This document shows, piece after piece, positions 41,861-64,000 of a stretch of 64,000 nucleotides of DNA (the first letter of the stretch is position 1; every line of letters begins with the position of its first letter). Source of the DNA: Salpingoeca rosetta (taxonomy: Eukaryota > Protista > Choanoflagellata); the NCBI GenBank assembly GCA_033442325.1, contig JAWQFM010000024.1, positions 695,716 through 759,715 of the forward strand, in the 5' to 3' direction. The notes below the pieces were generated by a model. It saw only the letters and a list, made by a program, of their open reading frames with translations, had not been told where the DNA came from and searched no databases. The position numbers were made by a program, and so were the translations under genes.

Positions 41861-42688
41861 GCTGTTTTGCACCCTTGTTGCAAGCCTTCTCGCCTGCTTT
41901 TGTTCTAAGGCTGAACATACACCCTTGCACACACACACACATACGAACACACGAACATGGAGAACACGTGCACACACACATACACACACACTCTCTCTCG
42001 TGCATGTACTCACGCATGAACGCATAACCTCACACACGCACACATGCATGCGCACGCACCAAACCCCTTAAGACCTACGTCAACAACCTGAACGTTGCCG
42101 AGGAGCAGTATGGCGAGGCCGTGCACAAGGGCGACCTCTCCAAGGCCATTGCCCTGCAGAGCGCCATCAAGTTCAACGGCGGCGGTCACATCAACCACTC
42201 CATCTTCTGGACCAACCTGGCCCCTCAGCGCCTCGGCGGCGGTGAACCCCCATCCGGTGAGTGAAACGCCGACGGCCTGTGCATGTGCGTGCGCATTTTG
42301 TGTGTGCGTGTGCGTATGTGTGTCTGTGTGTATGTGTGTCTGTCTGAGTCTGTGTCTGTGTCCGTTCATGTTTATGTGCGTGTGTGTCTGTCTGTCTGTG
42401 TCTGTGTGCGTTGTATCTGTTGCTTGTGCGTTTGTATTTTTGTCTGTGTTTGCTGTTCGTATTTCGCTGTTTGTGCTTACGTAGTGTTCATGTCACCTGT
42501 TGCATTTCTCCATGTCTGCACACGTATGTCATCCAACGTGCTTCGCGCTCACCCGTGCACCCAATCTTGTGTTCTCATGGCACTTTTTTTTTTTCACGTG
42601 TTCTCTTGGACAACACATGACCACAGGCGAGCTCATGAAGGAGATTGAGAAGACCTTCGGCTCCTTTGAGTCTTTCAAGGTTGGCAGC

Positions 42689-42730
<42 letters not shown>

Positions 42731-43600
42731 CGCGCGCGTGTGTGTGTAATTGTTGTATCTGTGTAACCACCTGTCCTCCCTTCAGCTTTCCTGTGCTTGT
42801 TGTTCGCTCATGGTTTGCCTGCGTGTGCATGCATGCATGCAACCCCACGTGTTATGGTACAGGAGAAGCTCAACACCTCCACGGCAGCTGTCCAGGGCTC
42901 CGGCTGGGGCTGGCTGGTGTGTTGCATGTGACTCCCTCACCTTGTTGCCACTCATGCCCAATATTGTTATTGTGACATGCCATGCCTTTGAGTTCCACTG
43001 GTGTTGTTGGACTGGTTCTGACCATGCCACGCTTCTCTCCGCACCAGGCCATGCACCACTCACCTCACATGCAAGCGCACCCACACACACACACACACAC
43101 ACTAATGCCTGCTGCCCCCTTTGTGCTCCACGCTTTCGTTTTTCTTTCCCTTGTCTTGTCTGATGTCAGGGCTACAACAAGACGCGCAAGACGCTTGAGA
43201 TTGCCACGTGCCCCAACCAAGACCCACTCGAGGCCACGACAGGTTTTTGCTCACTCCATCTTGCCACTGTGTGTGTGTGTGTCTGTGTGTCTGTGTCTGT
43301 CTGTCTATCTGTCTTGCTTTCTGTCTTTCTGTTTGTTTGTCTGTCCCCTTGTTGTTTTGTGCGTGTGTGCATGCGCTTGTTTGCATGCATACATTCGTCA
43401 GCCTCGCCCCCTTCCCATGCGTGTAGGTCTGATCGGTTTGTCCTCTTGCTTCCTCAACCCACCCTTGATGTGCTCACGGTGCTGTTGTCTGCATGTCCAG
43501 GTCTGGTGCCGCTGCTCGGCATTGACGTGTGGGAGCACGCCTACTACCTCCAGTACAAGAACGTCCGCCCCGACTACCTCAAGGTATCACACAAATCGGC

Positions 43601-43646
<46 letters not shown>

Positions 43647-43840
43647 CCATTTGTGTCTGTGTATTTGTTTCGTTGGCTGACTTTCTGTTTGTTTAGCTCC
43701 ATGACGAACACACAACTCCCAGCCTACACACGTACGCAGTTTCTCACTCTCTGATGTCTGCACCGCGTGTTCAGGCCATTTGGGAGGTTGTCAACTGGAA
43801 GAACGTGGTCGAGCGCTACGAGGCCGCCAAGTCCGCTTGA
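41543..43840 (+). CDS. SOD2: Mitochondrial Mn superoxide dismutase, 7 exons
   Basis: Presequence, [65 protein letters not shown]. Confidence 0.98.
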
Positions 43841-43917
43841 ATGCCCTCGCTCGCAAAGGCAGCCATCATCCATGCGTGATGTGCATGCAAGCCAACTCCC
43901 TCCACTGTTCCAAACAC

Positions 43918-43965
<48 letters not shown>

Positions 43966-44161
43966 CACACATGGCTCTCAAAGTAAACCAATCCCCAACT
44001 CTGAATGCACACGTCACATTTTCGATTTTCGCTGAGTCAGGTGTTTTTCCAAGATGACATCATACCACCACCCTAATTTTTGAAGAATTTGTGTTCTCGG
44101 CAAGTAGGAAGCCTTTCTGCACTCTTCGTTTTGGGCCACCAAAGAACGCACGCTAGCAGCC

Positions 44162-44931
44162 ATGCACCCACGACCAACAGCCTCAGCCACCACTACGACT
44201 TGGTCAATGATGTCGTCCGACCCGCAAACGATGCTCTTCCAGTACCAGCCTGCACCGCTACAATGGCCACTGGCGTTTACGCAGGTGCCAAACACACAAC
44301 TGCAACAACAACAGCAGCAGCAGCAGGGGTCAGCACTTGCCCCAGCCCAGCAGCCCAGTGCAGCTCGACCTCACATGCGGCGACAAAGCGCAACCTATCA
44401 CTCAATGTCATCGCTAAATGGATATGTCCCAACAGGGTACACCCACACAGCAATGTATGTGCCGGCCGCGCCATCGTATCAAGTGCAGCCACCACACCAA
44501 CATTCGTACCATGTGCAGCCATTCCAGCTTGCTTCTGTTGCACCTGCCATGCCGGCTCCAGCGTATACGGTGCCACGCTCGCTGCCATCGTCGGAGACCC
44601 CTGTTCATGAGGCTGGTGCTCTTGCCATCCAGGGTCTCTACTCCCAAGTGCAGCTCTTGTCCATCGGCGGCAACGCCGTCAGCAAGCGCTTCTTCCTCCC
44701 CCATGCACACCGCACGCTAATTGGCCGGGCCATTGGAGCCGGTGGCGCAACGATCCGTCGCATCATCAGCACGAACAGCGTGCAGATCTTCGGCCTCCCC
44801 AACAAGACAGACCCATTCAAACCCTCTTACCCGGTACAAGCGATGCTTGTGTGTCTGTGTCTGTGTGTCTGTGTGTCTGTGCGTGCCATTGTCTGTGTGT
44901 GTGTGTGTGTGTGTGCGCCACTGCCTGTGTC

Positions 44932-44974
<43 letters not shown>

Positions 44975-45375
44975 CACTGTATGTGTCTGTGTCTGTGTGT
45001 GTGTGTGTCTGTGTCTGTGTCTGTCTGTCTGTGTGTGTGTGTGTGCGCGCGCGCACCACTGTCTGTGTCTGTGTCTGTGTACGTGTGCCACTGGGTCCCC
45101 ATCTGTGTGCTCATCGCTTGACTTCTCAACACGTATATTGCCGTGCTTGTATGGTTCATCGCGTGTGTTTGTCTGTGTTCGTGCGTATCTCGGTGTCACC
45201 AGATAACGGTGGAGGGTGCCAAGTCGACGGATGTTGACAATGCAATTTCGGAGCTGCAAGAGCTTTTGCTTCTCAGCCCAGCTGGTCACACCGCCAACGC
45301 TTCCACAACCGCTCCAACCCATTTGGAAACCACTTTTCAGGTATGCCGGTGTTCTTGCGTGTCTGACTGTGTGTT

Positions 45376-45433
<58 letters not shown>

Positions 45434-46803
45434 CGTGCGTCTGTGTGCGTGTGTGTGCATGTCTGTCTGTCTGTATCTGTGTGTTCGTACGTCTGAGTGT
45501 TCGTACGTCTGTGTGCATGTGTGTCTGTGTGCGTGGGATGATGTCCTGTCCTGTCGCCCACGCTCTCTTCATCCCTCTCAGTTCCATGTATGCTCCTGCT
45601 TCACCTCCGGGTCCGCCTTAGCTCGACCATTCCCACCGCAAACACCTGGGACGGCTTTTTGGGCCTGGTGGTAGCACCATTCAACAGCTCACGCGCAAGT
45701 ATAAAGTACAGGTGTTTGGCCTTCCCAGCAGAGTCACTCCGGAACAGGACTCGTAAGACACTTCAGTGGGAGGGGATAGTGATTGGCCGCACGCCAAACA
45801 TGCTACGCTGCTTGGTTCTCCTCTGGCATCGTGCACCACGCTTTCTCTGCCGTGTGCTCTGCACTGCGCACGTGTTTGCATATATGCATGCATGCATGCG
45901 TGCCTGATCTCAGCGATGGCCAGTTCTCGACACACGCTCATGTGATGACCCCGCTCACACCCGCATCAGGTATTCCATCACTGTTCGCGGTGCTGTGGTT
46001 CGGGACGTGACGCAGTTCATCATTGAGCTTTTCGAGATTGTGTCGCAGCCCAGCCCAGACCGTAACCCCTTTGTACGCAAAGGATCAAAGTCGCATGTGG
46101 TCAGTCTGTGTGTTATGACGTTGGCATGTGTGGGTATGTGCATCTGCATGCACAACTGCATGCGAAAGGAATGGTTTGTTCTCTCGGCCTCCACGAGCAC
46201 ACAACCAACATAACAACATGAACTGATCACTCGCGTCCGTTCATACCCCCTCCCCCACCTCTTGTTGTCGATGCAGCCGATTCATGAGATGGAAGCCACG
46301 CCGTGCCAAATTAAGGACATCCCTGCCATGGTCCAGGACGGCGGTGAAGTCAAGGTGAGTAGGGCACAACTACACCCTGCGCAACTGCCTGTCTGGCAAC
46401 TTTGCGGTCGAGCGGGAGTGATTATCCAGGTATTATCAGTTCCTTCAATTGTGGTCCGTTCTTCAACGTGTCCGATGCTTACCATGCCACCTCCCTGCCT
46501 TGACCAGGTGAACATTTCAGCTGTTGTGCTGGACCTCGTCCATGGCGGACGCCTGACGCTGTGCGACGGCGCCCACACGATCAAGTGCTCTCTGTTGCAG
46601 AAACAGGCAGTGGACGCACTATCGCGTGGCATGCCCGTGAAAGTTGTGGGTATTGCAGGCACTGCGAAGCAGACTCTGAGGTACACATTCACAACCACAC
46701 CCATCACATGTCAGCTGCTTCTGGGTTGCAGACCACCACCTTCGTTGCTTTCTGCTTGCTTCTTTGTTGATATTGCAGTCCAGCGGGCTAACATGTCTTG
46801 CTT

Positions 46804-46842
<39 letters not shown>

Positions 46843-48829
46843 CGCAGTAAGTCTCGCACCGCGTCCTCATCAACAGATGATGATGCAAGTTTGGAATTGG
46901 CAGAGCCGAAAGAATACGCCATTGTTTGGTCCGTCCAACTTCGCCAGGCTACAGTGGAAGGTATATGTTCATTTCTGACATTGTGTCTGTGTGTGGTGTG
47001 CGTATGTGTGTGTGTGTGTGTGTTTGGTGGAGTGCTGCCGCAGCACGCCACACGCTCATGTAACAATAACGCCACTTTCACTGCCACTCCGACTACGACC
47101 GCTGTGCCAATAACTTGCAGATATATCGAGGGCTGATGTAAACGGAGGCAACACGATCACACCCACCATGGTCTGGGCATTCCTGCTTCGATTGAACGAA
47201 GCAACAAACGAGCCAGAGGCACTGCTTGTGCGCAGCATCGACTCCTGTCAGTGTCCCATTCTTGCAGTCAGCGCGTGTGTGTTTGTGTTCGTGAGTGTGT
47301 GTGTGTGTTTGTGTTTGCGTTTTTGTGTGATGTTTGCCTTGTCTGCATGCACGTGGTGCGGCTCATTGTCAGCTCTTTCTCGCGGGGTTTGATTGTGCAT
47401 CATGGATCACAGCGGGGGCAGTGAACCTGTTTATGGCCATCCGCGAATTGAACAAGCGGCTGCAGAAGAGGGCCACCACAAGCGAGGACATTGCCTTCTA
47501 CTGCCGCTCGTGTCTGCGCGCTGTCGAGTCCGGCCGGCAGTTTTTTGAGAAGGGGGAACTGGAAGCACTGGCCACAAACGGTGGGTGACTTGCTGTCTGC
47601 TGAGGGCTTGAGGGATGCAGCTGTGAGGAGATGCAGGTGCTCTCTAGATCCCTGTTCTGCTGCTTATTGCGAGCACACGCACATATAATGACTGAGCAGG
47701 TGCTAACCGTCACATCCTACTGTACTAATAGTTGACCCCTCACGCATGCCAATTCAATATGTGGTTCACAGGTCACCTCTCCCTGGCTCCCCTTGAACCC
47801 ACGGTGGAGACGCATGCAGGGCTGGTACGCAAGCTGCGGGATGACATCAAGGCCTTTGGGAAGGCAGAGCTTGAGAGACGCGAGCAATTCGCCAACGTGC
47901 TCACAGACACCGACGGTCATCGCTGGCGCACGCCAAATGGTGGGCACATGTGCATTGGGAAATGTGTATGTGTAAGTGTATGAGTGCGGCTATGTGTATG
48001 AGTGCGGCTATGTGTATGAGTGCGGTTACGTATGTGTGTGTGTGTGCGTGTGTGTGTGCGTGCGTGCGCGAGTTGACATTTGTTCCCACACGAGTATCAG
48101 TCACTCACCCACCTCTTGCAACCCCCCTCCCCCAATATGTCTTTTTTTCGCTTGCACGTGTCCAGGATACATGAACCATATTCTCAACACGGCATCAAGG
48201 TTTGAGTCTCCAATGGAAGCGGCAAGGTAATGCACGTGCAAGCTGGTTCTCTCGTGGAGGTGGAAGGATGGTACTGCACATTCTGTGCTGCCTAGTTTGT
48301 GTGGTGCCTTGCACGGTGCCGTGCCCATTTTTATTGTCTTTGTCTCCGACCCTCCTCCCCCCCCCGTCCTTGCTGTCTTGTGAAGATAATCACTCACGAA
48401 AGCACGCCTCTGCCTTTGCAACATGTGTGCTTTGTTTGAAGGCGGCTGCTCATGTTTGAGCTTCGAGTGCTCCTGGTGAATGACGATGACGAGCCCATCC
48501 TGACACACTCTGTGGAAGCGGACCCCGTTGATGGTGTGGCTGTGAAGCACGAATGCATCTGCTTCCAAGCCCGCCCACAAGGCGGTGGCGGCGGTGATAC
48601 CAATGTGCCAGCATCGACCCTGCTGCCGCTCCCCAGGGAGGTTGCTGAGGTGAAGTGGGTGGCGCTCAGCGATATTCGCAAGGACATGGAGGCCTATGCT
48701 CGTCGGAAGCAGATCTGTGGCGATGACCCTGTTGCCACCCAATACGCCCATGTCCTGCCGACGGCCACTCACCAGCCGGAACAAAGCGTCGCTGTGCTCG
48801 ACAAACTTGCGGAGGTATTTCACGCATGA
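44162..48829 (+). CDS. Multi-exon protein: Q/P/Y-rich N-terminus, two KH domains, OB-fold-like domain, degenerate Nudix domain
   Basis: KH1 [22 protein letters not shown]2 [22 protein letters not shown]-like [30 protein letters not shown]. Nudix-like EALLVR...[23 protein letters not shown]...[13 protein letters not shown]. Confidence 0.75.
47976..48030. repeat. 18-bp tandem repeat x3 (gtgtatgagtgcggctat), intronic
   Basis: Seen directly. Confidence 0.85.
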
Positions 48830-49219
48830 TTCTGAAGAGGTGTTGGGTGGGCCTGTGACTCTTTTCTCTCTTGGTTGGCATGCTGGGTCACGTTATATTA
48901 TTACGTGTCACACACATTGAAGAGAGGAGCTACAACACAGCATGGATGGCTTTAGGTTCACTCCTGTTCACATGCTCTGCTTTATAGACCATCAACGACC
49001 ACCTTGCACAGCAAACCTGAGGGTGACGTCATCAAGAATTTTTGTGGATGTCAATAACTAACTTTCTGCGTTGGTTTTGTCTGTTTGTTTGTTTGGTTAT
49101 TGTTTGATTGACACCCCTTCACCTCCTCTCCCGCGTGTTGCTAGCGCGTTGCGCGTGCATGCTCGTGTGCATTTAATGAGTTAAACCTTGTGCCGCGTGG
49201 ATGTGTGTGTGTGTGCGTG

Positions 49220-49271
<52 letters not shown>

Positions 49272-49315
49272 GACTGAGTCCGTGGTGGTAGGGTACTGCA
49301 CCATCTCCAACAAAA

Positions 49316-53697
<4,382 letters not shown>

Positions 53698-53784
53698 GTT
53701 GTTGGAATGGTGGCAACCAACCGCCTCATTCAACCTCGTCTTGCGACACCACAAAGTGCATTTAACCAGTGCTTGAAGCTCATC
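53698..53784. promoter_or_regulatory. 87-bp bidirectional intergenic region containing an RFX half-site
   Basis: ATG to ATG spacing is 87 bp. TGGCAAC (reverse complement GTTGCCA) lies at 53711-53717. Confidence 0.5.
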
Positions 53785-59236
<5,452 letters not shown>

Positions 59237-59991
59237 CGTGTGATGCTTTGAAGATGGACACGCAGTCAGTACTGTCATGTGACTGTAGCCCTTCCCTCTA
59301 CCCTTGCACTGTTACATGGCATTGAACAATAGAATAGAGTCAAGTCATGTCCCATTCCAACAATGATAACGAGCGTCATGATGATCGTAATAACCCTCAG
59401 CACCTCCACCAGCATGACAGGCACCATTCAAGTTTGGTTGGTGGTTTTAATTTGCGCTTTGTGCTAACGGGTGGCGGCAGTGGTGGTCAGGAGAGAATGG
59501 GAGAAAGACAAACAAAACACTCAGGAGGTGGTGGCAGTGGTGAACAAGCACGCTCGTGATGGTTGGAGAGAAGGGGGTACTACTTGACACACGCAAAAGA
59601 AACAGCAACACCAAATCAAACGCGAGGAGGAAGACAGCACAGAAAAGCAGAGCATTGGTGTTGGGCTATGCATGTGTGTGTGTCGATTAGGGCAATGACT
59701 GCAAGCGGAGGGAGAGGAAGGGCGTGTTGGTGTGGTGTTGGTGGTGTTGTTGTAGTTGTTGCTGTGACAACAATGAAGAACAACAAGGCAGCGTGATAGG
59801 GTGGGCCAGAACGAGAGCGTGTGACATGGAAATGTACTTGCGACATGGGAATGTGCGCGCGTCGTGCGAGAGACTCGGTAGCACGCACCAAGACGGGACC
59901 AGGCAACAGGACAAGTTGCTCTGCACTGCAGCGTCACATTGTGTGCCATGCATGGCACAAATGCCGCCACACACACACACACATACACGAG

Positions 59992-60035
<44 letters not shown>

Positions 60036-60094
60036 TGCACACACGCACACACACACACGTCTTCCCACACACAGTCAGGTTCACGCGGCTGCCT

Positions 60095-62744
60095 TTACTC
60101 TGGAAGGCGGGAGGAGCTGAAGTCGCAGGGGGCGTTGTCCTGGCAGCCCGTGAGGACCCACTCAAACGAGGTCATTGCGTCATCAAACGTGCTGGCGGCC
60201 TTTGCGTTCGTGCCCAGGCCAAGGTACATGTACTTGACAATGTGGTTCTCGCCGTTGTCGTTGATGAAGAGGCCGCTGAGCACATCGCCCACGTTGATGT
60301 CGAGCGGGCCGTTGGCCGGCGCCTCCGTCACCGTGAACACAATCGACGTGCCCTCGCTGGCAGACCCGTGCTCGTCAAACCGCGCCTCGTACTTGGTGCT
60401 TGTGCCGTACAGCTCAAACGCAACCGTGCCGTCGCCGAAGAAGGAGAAGTCCCACTCGCCGCGCTTGAAGTCCTTGCTGATCTCAATGCCGCGGAAGGTG
60501 CCCTGTGCCGACGACTTGTGGCAGAAGATGTCGCACTCCGTCTTGGTGTAGCGGCAGTTGGGGTCGTCTGGCGTGCACTTGACGCACTGGCCGGTCGTGT
60601 AGTTGCACTTGGCAAAGCCGGGGGCGTGGCAGTTGCGCATGCAGTCCTTCTTCTGCAGGTGGCCCTTCTTCTCCTTGCACACGGGGGCATCTGGGTTGGA
60701 CCAGTCGCAGCCGTAGTTGCCCGTGTGGTTGTGGGGCACGCACTCGTTGACGCAGTCCGGGAGGGTCATGGTGCCCAGACCCTGCACGCACGTGTGGTCC
60801 GTGACGTTGCACCCGTACAGGCCGCCAAAGGAGCACGTGTTGTTGCAGTTCTGCACACAGCCCTTCTGCACTCATCGCAAATGAAGAGGTGGAGCGATAG
60901 CAAACGAGTGGGTGAGTGGGTGGAAGATTGGAAATGGGTGGCAGCAACGATGGATGGTGATGATGATAAAGATGATGACGACCGCCACAATGAAGCGTTG
61001 TGAACACGACGAAAAACATCACACACCCACACATCACACGCACACCCAAACATCACACACCCACACGCACACACCCACACGCACACGCATGGTCAACAGA
61101 CATGACGTACCTCGTGCTGGGATGGGTCGCAGGGGACGCACTGGCCCGTGGTTGGATCGCAGATGCCGTAGGTGGACGCCTTGCGACACTTCTCGTCGCA
61201 CGCGCCCTTGGTGTCGACGCAGTCTGGGTCGGTGGCCGGGTCGCACGACACACACTGGTGGGTGGTGAGGTTGCACTTGGCGTGGGGCACGTTGCAGGTG
61301 GCGTCGCACTGCGCCATGGTCTGCTGGCAGCCGGGGCCCTTGGTGCATGTCTCGCACTGCTTGGTCTGGTTGTTGCACTTGGCCATCTGCGAGGCGTGGC
61401 ATGTCTTCTGGCACGTCTGCATGTCTGGGTACTGGCCGTTGTCACTCTTGTAGCACTGCGGGGTGGACGAGTTCCAGGCGCACGAGTAGCCGCTGCAGTC
61501 CTCGGTGCGGAAGTCCTTGGTGCACGTGAACGGCGGCGCCTTGCCCTTCTCGTAACCGGCACACTTGTACTGCGACTTGCCCGTGGTGTTGTACACAATC
61601 TGCCCGCCAAGGCACCACCCGCATGACACGTCGCCCTCGTGCGCGGCAATGCACGAGCTGCAGTCGAGGTACTTGTTGCACGGGTCGTTCTCCAGCGGCG
61701 ACAGCGCCTCGTGCGCGTACGTGTCGTAGTGCAGCCGCCTCACATCATTCGCGCCCGTGCCAGTGCTGGGGTGGTACTTCCTGACACCGTCCTCGTCGTC
61801 GTTGGCGTTGGCAGCAGGGGCCATGCCGGCAACGTGGCGGGCAAAGCGCGCGCGCATGTCAAGCAGCCACTGGAAGGCGGGCGCAAAGTTGCACAGCTTG
61901 CTCTTCCACGAGTTGCAACGGGAGAGGAAGTACACCGTCTCGCCGTTCTTGCCCTTCATGGCGTCCTCCAGCGAGTAGGTGAGGTTGCCGTCGGGCTTGC
62001 TGACCATGAGGGCAAAGGCCGTGGTCTCCGGGCCCGTGTCCACGCTGCGGAAGTCGACTGTGAGCACCTTGCCCTTGTTGGGGCCGTCCAGCAGCTTGAT
62101 CTTGGTGTCGTCGAGCACGTACACCTGCCCGTGCACGTCGTTGCCGTTGTTGTCGCGGATGACCACGGTGCTGTTCTTGAAGTCAAAGCCAAACTCGCCC
62201 GACTTGTAGTTGGTCTGTGCCTGGATGCCACGGTACATGCCCACATATGACGGCGGGGTTGAGTTGGAGCAGCGCGCCTCGCATGCCACCAGCGGCTGGC
62301 CGGGCGTCGACTCCTCGCACTGCATCGTCTTGGTGTTGCACGTGTAGTTCTTCTGCGGCTGTGGTGGTGATGGTGGGGATGGTGGTGATGGTGGCGATGG
62401 TGGGGACGGCGGGGACGGGGGTGGAATCTGGCAGTTGTCGCACGCCTTGTGGAAGTCGGTGCAGTTCTTGATGTGCGGGTCGTGTGGGTGGCAGGCGGCG
62501 CATGTCGGGTTTGATGGGTCGGACCGGTCGCAGCGGAAGAGCTGACCAGGTGGGGCGTTGCAGTTGGCGCACGCCTCGCCCTTGGATGCACAGCCGGGGT
62601 CGTTCGGGTGCTTGCACTTGACGCACTGCATATTGCGAAAGCAGGGGGGGGGAGGAGGGTTGGAGAGAGGTGTGAGCGTGAGTGAGTGAGTGTGTGTGTG
62701 TGTGTGTGTGTGTGCGTGTGTGTGTGCGTGTGCGTGTGTGTGTG

Positions 62745-62793
<49 letters not shown>

Positions 62794-63618
62794 GCGTGCA
62801 TGTGTGTGTGTGTGTGCAGGGTCCTGTGTGTGTGTGTGTGTGTGTGTGTTTTGTTTTGGTTTGTCGTTGTGCGAGTTGCATGATATGATGTGTGTCACGT
62901 GTGCGAGAAATCGGCGCAATGGGGTAAAGCTGACCTGGTATGTGGTCGTGTTACAGATGTAGGTGTCCGGGGTGACGAAGCAGTGGTCCATGCACGACGA
63001 GTAGTTGCCGTACATGCCACTGCCAGCAGGTGCCTGGGCACACTGGCCAGTCGTGTAGTTGCACTGGGCAAAAAAAGCCAGAAAGTGGCGAGGGGGAAGG
63101 AGGAGGGGGAAAGGAAACGTCAGCGTGAAGTATTGGTCAGTGAGAGCTCAGTAGTGAGTGCAACGAACAACATTCGTTCTCACAAAGTCACACCAGCCTC
63201 TCTGTACGTACATGACTCATCCGAGTCTCAACTCACTCATAGGTCTCTCCACTGGACTCATCTTTTCCTTCTTTTCCTTCTCTCCGCCCAAATACAGACA
63301 TACGGTGCACATGCGCTCGCACACACGCGTTCACGCGGCGGGTAGACGTACGTAGTAGCCAGGGGTACAGCCGGCGGTGTCGAAGATGGAAGGGCAGGAC
63401 CAGGAGTCACGGATGTCCACGCATTTGGTGCCGATGGTTTGGTTCTTGTAGACGACGTCCATGTGGCACCAGCCGCAGTACTTTGTGCCGTCGTTCAGGC
63501 ACTCTGTGCATGTTTGGAAGTCCTTGCAGGCCTTGGCAGAGGAAGGCTGTGCGCCAAACACGGCCACAGCAAATGCAGCAGCGAACACAGCCGCCACCAC
63601 AAAACGGACCGACACCAT
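60095..63618 (-). CDS. Secreted cysteine-rich protein with two PSI-like domains, CNxTTxQC repeats, an (SPP)n linker and two related beta-rich domains
   Basis: Exons 63352-63618, 62935-63063, 61111-62625 and 60095-60865 all join in phase 0. Signal peptide present, no TM. PSI-like CKDFQTCTEC..CGWC and CNKYLDCSSC..CGWC. Confidence 0.85.
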
Positions 63619-64000
63619 CTGTTCGCACGTGTGTGTTGTGTCAGTGTGTTTTGGTGTTTAAGTGTGCGTGTGTCAGTGTGTGTGTGGTGTGTAAGTGTGA
63701 CGACGACAAGATCCAGGCAGCCAACAGTGGCCACAAACAGCGTCCTTTTGACACACTCACACACAGACACACACACAGACACAGATATTTGTGCAACGCC
63801 ACGCCACACGGCTACTCGATGCTGATCAGCACGCCACAAAGCCAAAACACCACTGCTTGTTGTGCAGAGGGAGTAGCCCTCGCTGCCAACACGTGCTGTT
63901 TCACAAAGACCCCCATCCCACACACAGACACAGACACCCTCCTTCACACTTGCACACACACACACACAGAGCACACCAAACGTACTCTGACTGATGTGTC

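Noticed and set aside
47976-48030. Short tandem repeats as a CRISPR-like array
   Set aside because: There are no spacers or cas genes; this is a simple intronic minisatellite in a eukaryote.

Overview
Intron-rich eukaryotic genomic DNA with dense (GT)n/(CA)n microsatellites and five N gaps. Gene content (SH2-bearing receptor tyrosine kinase, LRR-TKL receptor) and sequence style point to a choanoflagellate, probably Salpingoeca rosetta (inference). I rebuilt 15 genes by hand from GT-AG phases: the 5' end of ATM (runs off the left edge, absent from the ORF track), a lectin-type RTK with a C-terminal SH2, a possible ETAA1-like protein, ATP synthase subunit b, muskelin, a divergent CDK, AP-1/2 beta adaptin, a secreted PI-PLC X-domain protein, bacterial-type mannonate dehydratase (uxuA), a small ubiquitin-fold/RBD-like protein, MnSOD, a KH-KH-OB-degenerate Nudix protein, CCDC148, an LRR receptor TKL kinase and a secreted Cys-rich protein built from two copies of one module. 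Twelve of the 15 genes sit in head-to-head pairs. The best leads are the multi-lectin RTK-SH2, the ETAA1-like candidate, the KH/OB/pseudo-Nudix protein and the GT-rich 5' / CA-rich 3' polarity of introns. All homology calls come from motif recognition and recalled family sequences, not database searches. Spliced genes are given as full spans, and internal exon boundaries may be imperfect.
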